This document shows positions 13,614 to 26,229 of a stretch of DNA of 64,000 nt, piece after piece (position 1 is the stretch's first letter; each line of letters opens with the position of its first letter). The stretch covers positions 558,001 through 622,000 of the forward strand of contig JAPDFW010000125.1 in NCBI GenBank assembly GCA_028826165.1, given 5' to 3'. This stretch comes from Anaeramoeba ignava BMAN. Its lineage: Eukaryota > Protista > Anaeramoebae. The notes beneath the pieces were generated by a model. It had not been told where the DNA came from. It saw only the letters and a list, made by a program, of their open reading frames with translations, and did no database searches. The position numbers were made by a program, and so were the translations under genes.

Positions 13614-15413
13614 ATGAATGAAATCATATTTTTTGGTTCAAATCGAAAACCTAAATTTATAAAAAATGAACCAAATAAAATAATAAAACCAATTCAATTT
13701 AAATTTGAAAATGAAAATGAAAATGAAAATGAAAAACAAATTAAACAAATTTCAACAGGTTATTATTCAACAATTTTCCTTTTTAAAAATGGAAAAGCAA
13801 TAGAATATTTAAATGAAAATGATTCAAAACAAAATGCTGAAAAAATCCAAATTGAAGAAAATATTCAAAAAGTAACTGTTGGTTGGGATAATGAAGCTAT
13901 TTTAACAATAGAAGGAAATGTATTTGCAAAAGGATATGATGTTAATCCAAATAATCCAAATGAATTTATCAATATTTCATCATTAATTGAAGATAAAAAT
14001 GATAGAATAATTCAAGATATTGTTTCTGGAAGAAATTCAATTTATTTATTAACTTTAAATCAAAATGTTTATGGAATTGGTTCAAATGATTATGGTCAAC
14101 TTGGTTTAGATTCTGAAACACTTAATAGAACAGAAAAACCAATTTTAATGATGAAAAATGTTTCTAAAATATTTTCAGGAATTGTTTCTTATCATGTTTT
14201 TCTTTTAAATTCAAATCAAGAATTATTTGGATGCGGTAATAATGAACAAGGTCAACTTGGATTAGGAGAATCAAAACAAGAATTCAAAATCCAAAAATTA
14301 ACTCAAATCCAAAATATTCCAAAATGTAAAATAATTGATATTCAATGCGGATATGTTCATTCAATAATGTTGATTGAAAATGAAGATCAAAATCCAAAAA
14401 GAAAACTTTATTCATGTGGAAATTATAAATTCAATGGACTTGGCAAATATGAACATAGTTATGAATTTACTGAAATCAAATCATCTTTATTTGATGATGA
14501 TAATATTCTTGAAATTTCTTGTGGGATATTTCATAATTTGATTTTAACTTCCAATTCAAAATTAATCGGATTTGGAGATAATTATTCTGGTCAATTAGGA
14601 ACTGAAGATACAAATTATCAATCAATTCCAATTCAAATTGAACTTCCTAAATTAAGATTTAATGAAGATATTTCTAATTATCATATTTTTTGTGGATATG
14701 AAAAATCATTTCTTTATTATTCTCCTCTTTCTTTTTCTAATCTTGAAGAAGATTTGATAAAATTATTTAGAAGAAAAGAATTTTGTGATATTTCATTTAA
14801 AACAGAAAATGGAGAAATAATTGAAGCTCATAAATTAATATTGAAATATAGATTAAATCAAAATCAAAATCAAATTGAAAAACTTCAAGAAATTATTTCA
14901 AAAAAATCAATTAAAGAATCTAATCAAATATTTGAAATGATTTATTCAAATAATTCCAAAATAAATCTAAAATTATATTCAGAAATTAAAGAAATTATAA
15001 ATTCAAATGAAAAAATTGAAGAAACAATGAAAAGAATTTATTTAAATGAAAATGAAAATGAAAATGAAAATGAAAATGAAAAAGATTTTATAATTGAAAG
15101 AAAAGAAAAACAATATAAATTTCCAAAATTAATATTAATAATGAGAAGTGAATTATATCGAGGAATGTTTTTATCTGTAACAGAAGATAAATCAAATAAA
15201 GTTACAGATTATAGTGAATTAAGTAATAAATCATTTCAAATATTAGAATATTGGATTTATTCAAATCAAATTAAAGATGAAATCCAAATTACACAAGAAA
15301 TCATTGATGAAATTAAAATTGGAATTGATTATTTTCAATTAAATCAAACAAATCCAAATTTATTTGATTTATTAATTAACAAATTTAATAATAAAAATCA
15401 AAATCAAAATTAA
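13614..15413 (+). CDS. RCC1/BLIP-II propeller + tandem BTB protein, copy 1
   Basis: GxNxxGQLG and CGxxH RCC1 repeats; C-terminal FCDISF...AHKLIL and DFII...ILIMRSELYRGMF BTB-like folds; intronless. Confidence 0.9.
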   Translation: MNEIIFFGSNRKPKFIKNEPNKIIKPIQFKFENENENENEKQIKQISTGYYSTIFLFKNGKAIEYLNENDSKQNAEKIQIEENIQKVTVGWDNEAILTIEGNVFAKGYDVNPNNPNEFINISSLIEDKNDRIIQDIVSGRNSIYLLTLNQNVYGIGSNDYGQLGLDSETLNRTEKPILMMKNVSKIFSGIVSYHVFLLNSNQELFGCGNNEQGQLGLGESKQEFKIQKLTQIQNIPKCKIIDIQCGYVHSIMLIENEDQNPKRKLYSCGNYKFNGLGKYEHSYEFTEIKSSLFDDDNILEISCGIFHNLILTSNSKLIGFGDNYSGQLGTEDTNYQSIPIQIELPKLRFNEDISNYHIFCGYEKSFLYYSPLSFSNLEEDLIKLFRRKEFCDISFKTENGEIIEAHKLILKYRLNQNQNQIEKLQEIISKKSIKESNQIFEMIYSNNSKINLKLYSEIKEIINSNEKIEETMKRIYLNENENENENENEKDFIIERKEKQYKFPKLILIMRSELYRGMFLSVTEDKSNKVTDYSELSNKSFQILEYWIYSNQIKDEIQITQEIIDEIKIGIDYFQLNQTNPNLFDLLINKFNNKNQNQN

Positions 15414-15635
15414 AATTAAAATTAAAATTAAAATTAAAATTAAAATTAAAATTAAAATTAAAATTAAAATTAAAATTAAAATTAAAATCAAAATTAAAAT
15501 TAAAATTAAAATTTAAATTAAAATCAAAATCAAAATCAAAATTAAAATCAAAATTAAAATCAAAATGAAAATTAAAATCAAAATTAAAATTAAAATCAAA
15601 ATTAAAATCAAAATTAAAATCAAAATTAAAATCAA
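15414..15635. repeat. (TAAAAT/CAAAAT)n spacer between RCC1-BTB copies (also at 17447-17600, 24113-24370, 30944-31045)
   Basis: Hexamer array continuous with the coding NQ repeat at the gene end. Confidence 0.9.
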
Positions 15636-15673
15636 AATTCCAAAATTATTTTTTCATTTTTTTCTTTTTAAAA

Positions 15674-17446
15674 ATGAATGAAATTTTATTTTTTGGTCAG
15701 AATCAATATCCAAAATTTATTAAAAACAAATCAAATGAAATAAAAAAACCAATTCAATTTAAATTTGAAAAACAAAATGAAAATGAAAAACAAATTAAAC
15801 AAATTGCATCAAGTTATTATTCAACAATTTTCCTTTTTGAAAATGGAAAAGCAATAGAATATCTAAATGAAAATGATTCAAATGAAAATTCTGAAAAAAT
15901 TCAAATTGAAGAAAATATTCAAAAAGTATCTGTTGGTTATCAAAATGAAGCTATTTTAACAATAGAAGGAAATGTATTTGCCAAAGGATATGATATTAAT
16001 TCAAAAAATCCAAATGAATTTATCAATATTTCATCATTAATTGAAGATACAAATGATAGAATAATTCAAGATATTGTTTCTGGATATCAAACAATTTATT
16101 TATTAACTTCAAATCAAAATACTTATGGAATTGGTTACAATTTTGATGGCCAACTTGGTTTTGATTCTGTAACACTTAAAAGAACAGAAAAACCAATTTT
16201 AATGATGAAAAATGTTTCTAAAATATTTTCAGGAAATTGTTCTAATCATATTTTTCTTTTAAATTCAAATCAAGAATTATTTGGATGTGGAAATAATGAA
16301 GATAGTCAAATTGGATTAGGAGAATCAAGAAAACAAGAATTCAAAATCCAAAAACTAATCAAAATCCAAAATATTCCAAAAGGCAAAATAATTGATATTC
16401 AATCTAGTGTTTCTTTTTCAATAATGTTGATTGAAAATGAAAATCCAAAAAGAAAACTTTATTCATGTGGAAATTATAAATTCAATGGACTTGGCAAATA
16501 TGAACATAGTTATGAATTTACTGAAATCAAATCATCTTTATTTGAAAATGATGATGATATTCTTGATTTTTCTGTTGGAAATGCTCATACTTTGGTTTTA
16601 ACTTCCAATTCAAAATTAATAGTATTTGGATATAATTCCGATGGTCAATTAGGAACTGGAAATACAAAAAATCAATATTCTCCAATTCAAATTGAACTTC
16701 CTAAATTAAGATTTAATGAAAATATTTCTAATTATCATGTTTATTGTGAAGATAATAGATCATTTCTTTATTATTCTCCTTCTTTTTCCAATCTTGAAGA
16801 AGATTTGATAAGGCTATTTAGAAGAAAAGAATTTTGTGACATTTCATTTAAAACAGAAAATGGAGAAATAATTGAAGCTCATAAATTAATATTGAAATAT
16901 AGATTAAATCAAAATCAAAATCAAAATCAAATTGAAATTGAAAAACTTCAAGAAATTATTTCAAATAAATCAATTAAAGAATCAAATCAAATATTTGAAA
17001 TGATTTATTCAAACAATTCCAAAATAAATCCAAAATTATATTATGAAATTAAAGAAATTATAAATTTAAATGAAAAAATTGAAGAAACAATGAAAAGAAT
17101 TTATTTAAATGAAAATGAAAATGAAAAAGATTTTATAATTGAAAGAAAAGAAAAACAATATAAATTTCCTAAATTAATATTAATAATGAGAAGTGAATTA
17201 TATCGAGGAATGTTTTTATCTGTAATAAATGATACTTCTAATAAAGTTACAGATTATAGCGAATTAAGTAATAAATCATTTCAAATATTTGAATATTGGA
17301 TTTATTCAAATCAAATTAAAGATGGAATTCAAATTACAAAAGAAATAATTGAAGAAATTGAAATTGGAATTGATTATTTTCAATTAAATCAAACAAATCC
17401 AAATTTATTTGATTTATTAATTAAAAAATTTAATAATCAAAATTAA
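15674..17446 (+). CDS. RCC1 + tandem BTB protein, copy 2
   Basis: Colinear paralog of copy 1. Confidence 0.9.
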   Translation: MNEILFFGQNQYPKFIKNKSNEIKKPIQFKFEKQNENEKQIKQIASSYYSTIFLFENGKAIEYLNENDSNENSEKIQIEENIQKVSVGYQNEAILTIEGNVFAKGYDINSKNPNEFINISSLIEDTNDRIIQDIVSGYQTIYLLTSNQNTYGIGYNFDGQLGFDSVTLKRTEKPILMMKNVSKIFSGNCSNHIFLLNSNQELFGCGNNEDSQIGLGESRKQEFKIQKLIKIQNIPKGKIIDIQSSVSFSIMLIENENPKRKLYSCGNYKFNGLGKYEHSYEFTEIKSSLFENDDDILDFSVGNAHTLVLTSNSKLIVFGYNSDGQLGTGNTKNQYSPIQIELPKLRFNENISNYHVYCEDNRSFLYYSPSFSNLEEDLIRLFRRKEFCDISFKTENGEIIEAHKLILKYRLNQNQNQNQIEIEKLQEIISNKSIKESNQIFEMIYSNNSKINPKLYYEIKEIINLNEKIEETMKRIYLNENENEKDFIIERKEKQYKFPKLILIMRSELYRGMFLSVINDTSNKVTDYSELSNKSFQIFEYWIYSNQIKDGIQITKEIIEEIEIGIDYFQLNQTNPNLFDLLIKKFNNQN

Positions 17447-17636
17447 AATTAAAATTTAAATTAAAATTAAAATTAAAATTAAAATTAAAAATTAAAATTA
17501 AAATCAAAATTAAATTTAAAATTAAAATTAAAATCAAAATTAAAATCAAAATTAAAATTAAAATTAAAATTGAAATTAAAATCAAAATTAAAATTAAAAT
17601 TCCAAAATTATTTTTTCATTTTTTTTCTTTTCAAAA

Positions 17637-19424
17637 ATGAATGAAATTATATTTTTTGGTGAAAATAAATATCCAAAATTTATCAAAAATAAATCAAATG
17701 AAATAAAAAAACCAATTCAATTTAAATTTGAAAATGAAAATGAAAAACAAATTAAACAAATTTCATCAAGTTTTTTTTCAACAATTTTCCTTTTTGAAAA
17801 TGGAAAAGCAATAGAATATTTAAGATTTTCAAAACAAAATCCTGAAAAAATCCAAATTGAAAATATTCAAAAAGTAACTGTTGGTTATCAAAATGAAGCT
17901 ATTTTAACAATAGAAGGAAATGTATTTGCAAAAGGAAGAGATATTAATCCAAAAAATCCAAAAGAATTTATCAATATTTCATCATTAATTGAAGATAAAA
18001 ATGATAGAATAATTGAAGATATTGTTTCTGGATCTTATTCAATTTACTTATTAACTTCAAATCAAAATGTTTATGGAATTGGTTCAAATGAATATGGTCA
18101 ACTTGGTTTAGATTCTGTAACACTTAAAAGAACAGAAAAACCAATTTTAATGATGAAAAATGTTTCTAAAATATTTTCAGGAAATTCTTCAAAACATATT
18201 TTTCTTTTAAATTCAAATCAAGAATTATTTGGATGCGGTGATAATACTTCTCTTCAACTTGGATTAGGAGAATCAAGAAAAGAAGAAAAAATCCAAAAAT
18301 TAACCAAAATTCAAAATATTCCAAAAGGCAAAATAATTGATATTCAATGTGGATATTCTCATTCAATAATGTTGATTGAAAATGAAAATGAAGATGAAAA
18401 TCCAAAAAGAAAACTTTATTCATGTGGAGACTCTCAATGGAATGGACTTGACAGATATCAAAGTACTTATGAATTTACTGAAATCAAATCATCTTTATTT
18501 GAAAATGATAATAATATTCTTGATTTTTCTGTTGGATGTTTTCATACTTTGGTTTTAACTTCCAATTCAAAATTAATAGTATTTGGAGGAAATTTTTCTG
18601 GACAATTAGGAACTGGAGATACAAAAAATCAATATTCTCCAATTCAAATTAGACTTCCTAAATTAAGATTTAATGAAGAAATTTCCAATTATCATATTTC
18701 TTGTGGATATTACAAATCATTTCTTTATTATTCTCCTTTTCTTTCTTCTTTTTCCAATCTTGAAGAAGATTTGATAAAATTATTTAGAAGAAAAGAATTT
18801 TGTGATATTTCATTTAAAACAGAAAATGGAGAAACAATCTCAGCTCATAAATTAATATTGAAATATAGATTAAATCAAAATCAAATTGAAATTGAAAAAC
18901 TTCAAGAAATTATTTCAAAGAAATCAATTAAAGAATCAAATCAAATATTTGAAATGATTTATTCAAACAATTCCAAAATAAATCCAATATTATATTCTGA
19001 AATTAAAGAAATTATAAATTCAAATGAAAAAATTGAAGAAACAATGAAAAGAATTTATTTAAATGAAAATAAAAAAGATTTTATAATTGAAAGAAAAGAA
19101 AAACAATATAAATTTCCTAAATTAATATTAATAATGAGAAGTGAATTATATCGAGGAATGTTTTTATCTGTAACAAATGATACTTCTAATAAAGTTACAG
19201 ATTATAGTGAATTAAGTAATAAATCATTTCAAATATTTGAATATTGGATTTATTCAAATCAAATTAAAGATGAAATTCAAATTACAAAAGAAATAATTGA
19301 TGAAATTAAAATTGGAATTGATTATTTTCAATTAAATCAAACAAATCCAAATTTATTTGATTTATTAACTAGGAAATTTAATAATCAAAATGAAAAAAAT
19401 AAAGAAAACTGTTTAATTTTTTAA
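17637..19424 (+). CDS. RCC1 + tandem BTB protein, copy 3, with C-terminal CaaX (CLIF)
   Basis: Colinear paralog; ends KNKENCLIF*. Confidence 0.9.
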   Translation: MNEIIFFGENKYPKFIKNKSNEIKKPIQFKFENENEKQIKQISSSFFSTIFLFENGKAIEYLRFSKQNPEKIQIENIQKVTVGYQNEAILTIEGNVFAKGRDINPKNPKEFINISSLIEDKNDRIIEDIVSGSYSIYLLTSNQNVYGIGSNEYGQLGLDSVTLKRTEKPILMMKNVSKIFSGNSSKHIFLLNSNQELFGCGDNTSLQLGLGESRKEEKIQKLTKIQNIPKGKIIDIQCGYSHSIMLIENENEDENPKRKLYSCGDSQWNGLDRYQSTYEFTEIKSSLFENDNNILDFSVGCFHTLVLTSNSKLIVFGGNFSGQLGTGDTKNQYSPIQIRLPKLRFNEEISNYHISCGYYKSFLYYSPFLSSFSNLEEDLIKLFRRKEFCDISFKTENGETISAHKLILKYRLNQNQIEIEKLQEIISKKSIKESNQIFEMIYSNNSKINPILYSEIKEIINSNEKIEETMKRIYLNENKKDFIIERKEKQYKFPKLILIMRSELYRGMFLSVTNDTSNKVTDYSELSNKSFQIFEYWIYSNQIKDEIQITKEIIDEIKIGIDYFQLNQTNPNLFDLLTRKFNNQNEKNKENCLIF

Positions 19425-19437
19425 ATAAAAAATAAAA

Positions 19438-22181
19438 TTAAAAATTTCTTTTCTCTTGAAAAAATCGATCAATTTCTTGGACTGTATTATCAACATTCTC
19501 AAAAACTAGAAAACTTTGAGAAATCCAAGATGGAAGTTTTTTTTGTATATTTTGCAAAGAATATCGTGAATCAATCAACATAATCACTGCATAATCATTT
19601 TTATGTCTTATAGAACGTCCAATAGATTGGTTAACAGCTCTCATACATAAATTATCATAATAATCTTTTCCAGAACTTGCATTGGAAACATTGGTTTTCT
19701 CTTGATTAATTTTTATGTGATCCATTTTCTTTTGATCCCAAAAACGAATTTTTTCAATAATTTCAGGATCTTTTGGATTTGGATAAGGCATTCCAATCAT
19801 AATTACAAGACGTGCATAATTATCCGTGAAATTGATTCCTTCAGACATTTTCCCACCAACAACACAAAGTAATAGAGCACCGTTTTTGTTGTCAATCCAC
19901 TCTCGATATTTTTCGAGAGTTTTTTCTGATTCATTTGTTTTCTTTGTTTCGATAAATATTTTTTTCACCTTTTCAATCTCTTTGAAAATTCCTTTTTGTT
20001 TCCAATTTTTTAAAACAATTTTCTGATAGGAATATGAAGGAAAAAAGCAAACAGCTCCAAAAGGAACAGGAACCAAAATGCGAAGTAATGTTTCCCCAAG
20101 ATCTTCAATGAGACCAGGATCATTTCGTTTTTCAAAGGTGAGTTTCATATCTTGATATTTTATTCCACATTTCAAACAAGTAGCCATAATATTTCTTGGT
20201 GGAATCACGTGTCCGCATGATAATGTGTGGATTTTTGTTTGGTCATAATTAGGAAATAGTTGGCTTTGGAAATCTTCAAATGGTTTAATTGTTCCTCCTA
20301 CAAAAAATGTTGCTTTAGTTTGGTTGATAATTGGTTCAAAATATGATTCTGGATTAAGAAGTAAAAATTTGATTGAGGAATTGGATTTTTTGTTTGATCT
20401 TGTGATCAAAATTCCTAATGAAAAAAGAGAAATAAAAATTAAAATTTAAAAATTAAAATTAAAAATTAAAATTTACTGCAATTTTGACTTGTATTCGTCA
20501 AAGATTCAATAAAACTTTCAACTTGATTCAATCCAAAATTCTGAACAACTAAAAATTGTTTCTCTTTTGAATATTGATTTACACAAAAAGATTGCACTTT
20601 TTTAGTAATTTCACTTTGTCGAAAATAAGAAAGTAACTCAAAAGGATTCATATTATCCATTTGAATTTGATCAAACAAGAAATCATTAAGAGAGTAGATC
20701 TCTAAAATATTCTTTTCAGTTGGTATTCCATTTTCTAAGAGTTCTTGTATTTTTTGTTGTTCTGGAAATAGTTCAATATTTTCATTTTCATTTTCATTTT
20801 GATTTTCATTTTCTTCAGATTTATTATTAAAACATCTTAAAATTCTTTTGATAAATTGCAAAATTTCTTGGATCTTAATTTGATGCATTGGCTTGAGCTT
20901 GTTCTTATATTTCCAATAATAATTATTCAATTGTTTGTATCCAAAAACAGCATGCCAATAACTAATAACAACACTATGCAATGAATTAATTGTTTCAATA
21001 ATATTATGTGATTCATCCAAAATCACAACTCGATCAGTTAGTTCAATCCCAAGATTTTCTCTTGTTGATGAATGAAGAAGGGAATTATAAGGAAGAATAA
21101 CTAGATGAGAACTTTTTATCGCATTTCTTGACGAATAATAAGGACAGACCCCAATTTCATGACCCTTTTCAACAAGTTCTTCAACAGTCATTGGAGAAGC
21201 TAAGATTTCATCACGAAAATAATTGATTTTTTGTTTATCATAGAATGGACATCCATGATTTGTCAAATGAGATGTTGTTTGAGACTTTCTGCTTCGAGTA
21301 CGTTGACGAGATCGTTTAGTCAGAACGGAAAATGCCTCTTTTTTGTCTTCATCTCTTTGTTTTTTGGTTTTTGATTTTGAGATTAATTCATGACATTTTT
21401 GGGAAATTAAAATTGGATCGTTAAGATCACGTATTTTTGAATTGATGCACATAAAGGATCTTGAAGCAAGAACAACAAGAAAAAATTGGTTGCCGAATGT
21501 AGTTTTTTTGACTTCATTGACAAATTGTGAGAGTTGTGAATGAGTTCGCGAACAATAAAGTATCTGATTTTTAATGATTGGGATATCTTCATTTTCTGTT
21601 TCGAAATCCTTTTGAATTTCTGAAGCATCAAATTGATTTTGTGTTGAAAATTGAGTAGGCAAAGTATCATTCAAAAGAAATGGATCAGAGTTTTGAGTTT
21701 CATTATTAGAAGGAGATTGCTCTTGGTTTTGATCTAAATCAAGAGGACTTTGTTTTCTTTTCTTTTTTGAGTTTGTAATTGGATTAATTTTTGGATCAGG
21801 AAAATTTTGATCAGAAATATATCCTGTTTTGCGATACTGGTTTATTCTTTCAAATAAAAGATCTCTTTGTTTTTTTTCAACTGAACGTTGTTTTTCTAAA
21901 AGATCTTTTTTTTCTGATATTTTTTGTTTTTGAGTGAATTCTTGAACCCAAGAAGGTTGTTCATTTTTTGGTTGAATTTCTTCAATTTCAGTTGGATTAT
22001 TTTGGTCTTCAAGATATTTGATGATTGCGCAAATAATACTTAATGATTTTCCTGTTCCTGTCGGACTTTCAAAAAGACCAATTCCTCCTGTTTTAACTGT
22101 TTTATAAAATTCTTCCATAAATTGTTGTTGAATTGGGTAAGGTTCTAATTGAAAAGGGAAAGGAAATTTTAATTCAGACAT
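19438..22181 (-). CDS. DDX11: DDX11/Chl1 Fe-S DNA helicase (XPD family); intron 20415-20476
   Basis: FPFQLEPYPIQ, ESPTGTGKSLS, YCSRTHSQLSQF, CPYY, DESHN, VVGGKMSEGINF and NQSIGRSIRH motifs. A GTAAAT..TTAG intron joins the two track ORFs in frame. Confidence 0.93.
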
Positions 22182-22296
22182 TTAAAATATATGATTTTTA
22201 AAATTAAAAGAGAAGAAAATGATTTTATTTTTTTAGAAAAAATTAAAAATTAAAATTAAAATTAAAATATTTTTTTTCATTTTTTTCTTTTCAAAA

Positions 22297-24112
22297 ATGA
22301 ATGAAATTATATTTTTTGGTTCAAATGAAAAACCAAAACTTATCAAAAATGAACCAAATATAATAACAAAACCAATTCAATTTAAATTTGAAAATGAAAA
22401 TGAAAATGAAAATGAAAATGAAAATGAAAATGAAAATGAAAAATGAAAATGAAAAACAAATTAAACAAATTTCATCAGGTGACTTATCAACAATTTTCCT
22501 TTTTAAAAATGGAAAAGCAATAGAATATTTAGCTGTAAATGATTCAAATCAAAATCCTGAAAAAATCCAAATTGAAGAAAATATTCAAAAAGTAACTGTT
22601 GGTTATTCAAATGAAGCTATTTTAACAATAGAAGGAAATGTATTTGCTAAAGGAATTGATATTAATCCAAATAATCTAAAAGAATTTATCAATATTTCAT
22701 CATTAATTGAAGATAAAAATGATAGAGTAATTGAAGATATTGTTTCTGGAAATCGTTCAATTTACTTATTAACTTCAAATCAAAATGCTTATGGAATTGG
22801 TTCAAATGATTATTGTCAACTTGGTTTTGATTTTAAAACACTTTATACAACAGAAAAACCAATTTTAATGATGAAAAATGTTTCTAAAATATTTTCAGGA
22901 GTTAACTCAATCACATTTTTTCTTTTAAATTCAAATCAAGAATTATTTGGATGTGGTAGTAATAGTTTTGGTCAACTTGGATTAGGAGAATCAAGAAAAG
23001 AAGAAACAGAAATACAAAAATTAACCAAAATCCAAAATATTCCAAAAGGCAAAATAATTGATATTCAATCTGGAATTTTTCATTCAATAATGTTGATTAA
23101 ATTTAAAGCAAAAAGAAAACTTTATTCATGTGGATATACTGAATATAATGGACTTGATAAAGATAAAAATAAAGATACTTATGAATTTACTGAAATCAAA
23201 TCATCTTTATTTGAAAATGATGATAATATTCTTGATTTTTCTGTTGCATATAACCATACTTTGATTTTAACAATAAAAGGTAAATTAATAGTATTTGGAA
23301 GTAATTATTATAGACAATTAGGAATTGAAGATAGAAAATCTCAAACAATTCCAATTCAAATTGAACTTCCTAAATTAAGATTTAATGAAAATATTTCCAA
23401 TTATCATCTTTCTTGTGGTGCTTATAAATCATTTCTTTATTATTCTCCTTTTTCTAATCTTGAAGAAGATTTGATAAAACTATTTAGAAGAAAAGAATTT
23501 TGTGATATTTCATTTAAAACAGAAAATGGAGAAATAATTGAAGCTCATAAATTAATATTGAAATATAGATTAAAAGATGAAAATGAAATTGAAAAACTTC
23601 AAGAAATTATTTCAAATAAATCAATTAAAGAATCAAATCAAATATTTGAAATTATTTATTCAAACAGAAAAATAAATCCAAAATTATATTATGAAATTAA
23701 AGAAATTATAAATTCCAATGAAAAAATTGAAGAAACAATGAAAAGAATTTATTTAAATGAAAATGAAAATGAAAATGAAAAAGATTTTATTATTGAAAGA
23801 AAAGAAAAGAAATATAAATTTCCCAAATTAATATTAATAATGAGAAGTGAATTATATCGAGGAATGTTTTTATCTGTAACAGAAGATAAATCTAATAAAG
23901 TTACAGATTATAGTGAATTAAGTAATAAATCATTCCAAATATTTGAATATTGGATTTATTCAAATCAAATTAAAGATGAAATTCAAATTACACAAGAAAT
24001 AATTGATGAATTAGAAATTGGAATTGATTATTTTCAATTAAATCAAACAAATCCAAATTTATTTGATTTATTAATTAACAAATTTAATAATCAAAATCAA
24101 AATAAAAATTAA
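22297..24112 (+). pseudogene. RCC1 + tandem BTB protein, copy 4, with a +1 frameshift (pseudogene or sequencing error)
   Basis: True ATG at 22297 (MNEIIFFGSNEKP). There is an extra A in the ninth GAAAAT unit (22438-22444); the rest of the ORF is intact. Confidence 0.75.
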
Positions 24113-24417
24113 AATTAAAATCAAAATTAAAATTAAAATCAAAATTAAAATTAAAAATTAAAATTAAAATTAAAATTAAAATTAAAATTAAAATTAAAAT
24201 CAAAATTAAAATTTAAATTAAAATTAAAACTAAAATTAAAATTAAAATTAAAATTAAAATAAAAATTAAATTTAAATTAAAATTAAAATTAAAATTAAAA
24301 TTAAAATTAAAATTAAAATTAAAATCAAAATTAAAATTAAAATTAAAATTAAAATTAAAATTAAAATTCCAAAATTAAAATTCCAAAAAATATTTTTTCA
24401 TTTTTTTCTTTTCAAAA

Positions 24418-26187
24418 ATGAATGAAATTATATTTTTTGGTTGGAATGAAAAACCAAAATTTTTCAAAAATAAGCCAAATCAAATAACAAAACCAATTCA
24501 ATTTAAATTTGAAAATGAAAATGAAAATGAAAATGAAAAGCAAATTAAACAAATTTCATCAGATTATTATTCAACAATTTTCCTTTTTAAAGATGGAAAA
24601 GCAATAGAATATTTAAATCAAAATGATTCAAATCAAAATTCTAAAAAAATCCAAATTGAAGAAAATATTCAAAAAGTATCTGTTGGTTATCGAAATGAAG
24701 TTATTTTAACAATAGAAAGAAATGTATTTGCAAAAGGAATTGATATTAATCTAAAAAATCCAAATGAGTTTATCAATATTTCATCACTAATTGAAGATAC
24801 AAATGATAGAATAATTCAAGATATTGTTTCTTCTGAAAGTTTGATTTACTTATTAACTTCAAATCAAAATGTTTATGGAATTGGTTCAAATGATTATTGT
24901 CAACTTGGCTTTGATTCTGTAACACTTAAAAGAACAGAAAAACCAATTTTAATGATGAAAAATGTTTCTAAAATATTTTCAGGAAATTCTGCAAATCATG
25001 TTTTTCTTTTAAATTCAAATCAAGAATTATTTGGATGTGGCGATAATGATCTTGGCCAACTTGGATTAGGAGAATCAAGAAAAGAAGAAACACAAATCCC
25101 AAAATTAACCAAAATCCAAAATATTCCAAAAGGCAAAATAATTGATATTCAATCTGGAAATTTTCATTCATTAATGTTGATTGAAGATGAAAATGAAAAT
25201 CAAAATACAAAAAGAAAACTTTATTCATGTGGAGATTCTCAATTTAATGGACTTAACAAAGATACTTATGAATTTACTGAAATCAAATCATCTTTATTTG
25301 AAAATGATAATATTCTTGATTTTTCTATTGGATGTTTTCATACTTTGATTTTAACTTCCAATTCAAAATTAATCGGATTTGGATATAATAATTCTGGTCA
25401 ATTAGGAACTGGAAATAGAAATGATCAATTAATTCCTATTCAAATTGAACTTCCTAAATTAAGATTTAATGAAAATATTTCTAATTATCATATTTCTTGT
25501 GGATATTTAAAATCATTTCTTTATTATTTTCCTCCTTCTTTTTCTAATCTTGAAGAAGATTTGATAAAATTATTTGAAAGAAAAGAATTTTGTGATATTT
25601 CATTTAAAACAAAAAATGGAGAAATAATTGAAGCTCATAAATTAATATTGAAATATAGATTAAATCAAAATCAAAATCAAATTGAAAAACTTCAAGAAAT
25701 TATTTCAAAAAAATCAATTAAAGAATCAAATCAAGTATTTGAAATGATTTATTCAAACAGAATAATAAATCCAAAATTATATTCTGAAATTAAAGAAATT
25801 ATAAATTCAAATGAAAAAATTGAAGAAACAATGAAAAGAATTTATTTAAATGAAAATGAAAAAGATTTTATAATTGAAAGAAAAGAAAAACAATATAAAT
25901 TTCCTAAATTAATATTAATAATGAGAAGTGAATTATATCGAGGAATGTTTTTATCTGTTACAAATGATAAATCTAATAAAGTTACAGATTATAGTGAATT
26001 AAGTAATAAATCATTTCAAATATTTGAATATTGGATTTATTCAAATCAAATCAAAGAAGGAATTGAAATTACACAAGAAATTATTCAAGAATTAGAAAGA
26101 GGAATTGATTATTTTCAATTAAATCAAACAAATCCAAATTTATTTGATTTATTAATTAACAAATTTAATAATCAAAATCAAAATTAA
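24418..26187 (+). CDS. RCC1 + tandem BTB protein, copy 5
   Basis: Colinear paralog. Confidence 0.9.
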   Translation: MNEIIFFGWNEKPKFFKNKPNQITKPIQFKFENENENENEKQIKQISSDYYSTIFLFKDGKAIEYLNQNDSNQNSKKIQIEENIQKVSVGYRNEVILTIERNVFAKGIDINLKNPNEFINISSLIEDTNDRIIQDIVSSESLIYLLTSNQNVYGIGSNDYCQLGFDSVTLKRTEKPILMMKNVSKIFSGNSANHVFLLNSNQELFGCGDNDLGQLGLGESRKEETQIPKLTKIQNIPKGKIIDIQSGNFHSLMLIEDENENQNTKRKLYSCGDSQFNGLNKDTYEFTEIKSSLFENDNILDFSIGCFHTLILTSNSKLIGFGYNNSGQLGTGNRNDQLIPIQIELPKLRFNENISNYHISCGYLKSFLYYFPPSFSNLEEDLIKLFERKEFCDISFKTKNGEIIEAHKLILKYRLNQNQNQIEKLQEIISKKSIKESNQVFEMIYSNRIINPKLYSEIKEIINSNEKIEETMKRIYLNENEKDFIIERKEKQYKFPKLILIMRSELYRGMFLSVTNDKSNKVTDYSELSNKSFQIFEYWIYSNQIKEGIEITQEIIQELERGIDYFQLNQTNPNLFDLLINKFNNQNQN

Positions 26188-26229
26188 AATTAAAATTAAA
26201 ATCAAAATTAAAATTCAAAATTCAATTCA

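Noticed and set aside
19438-22181. Intein or split gene in DDX11
   Set aside because: The break is a 62-nt GT-AG intron; no Hint motifs were noticed here or in other ORFs.
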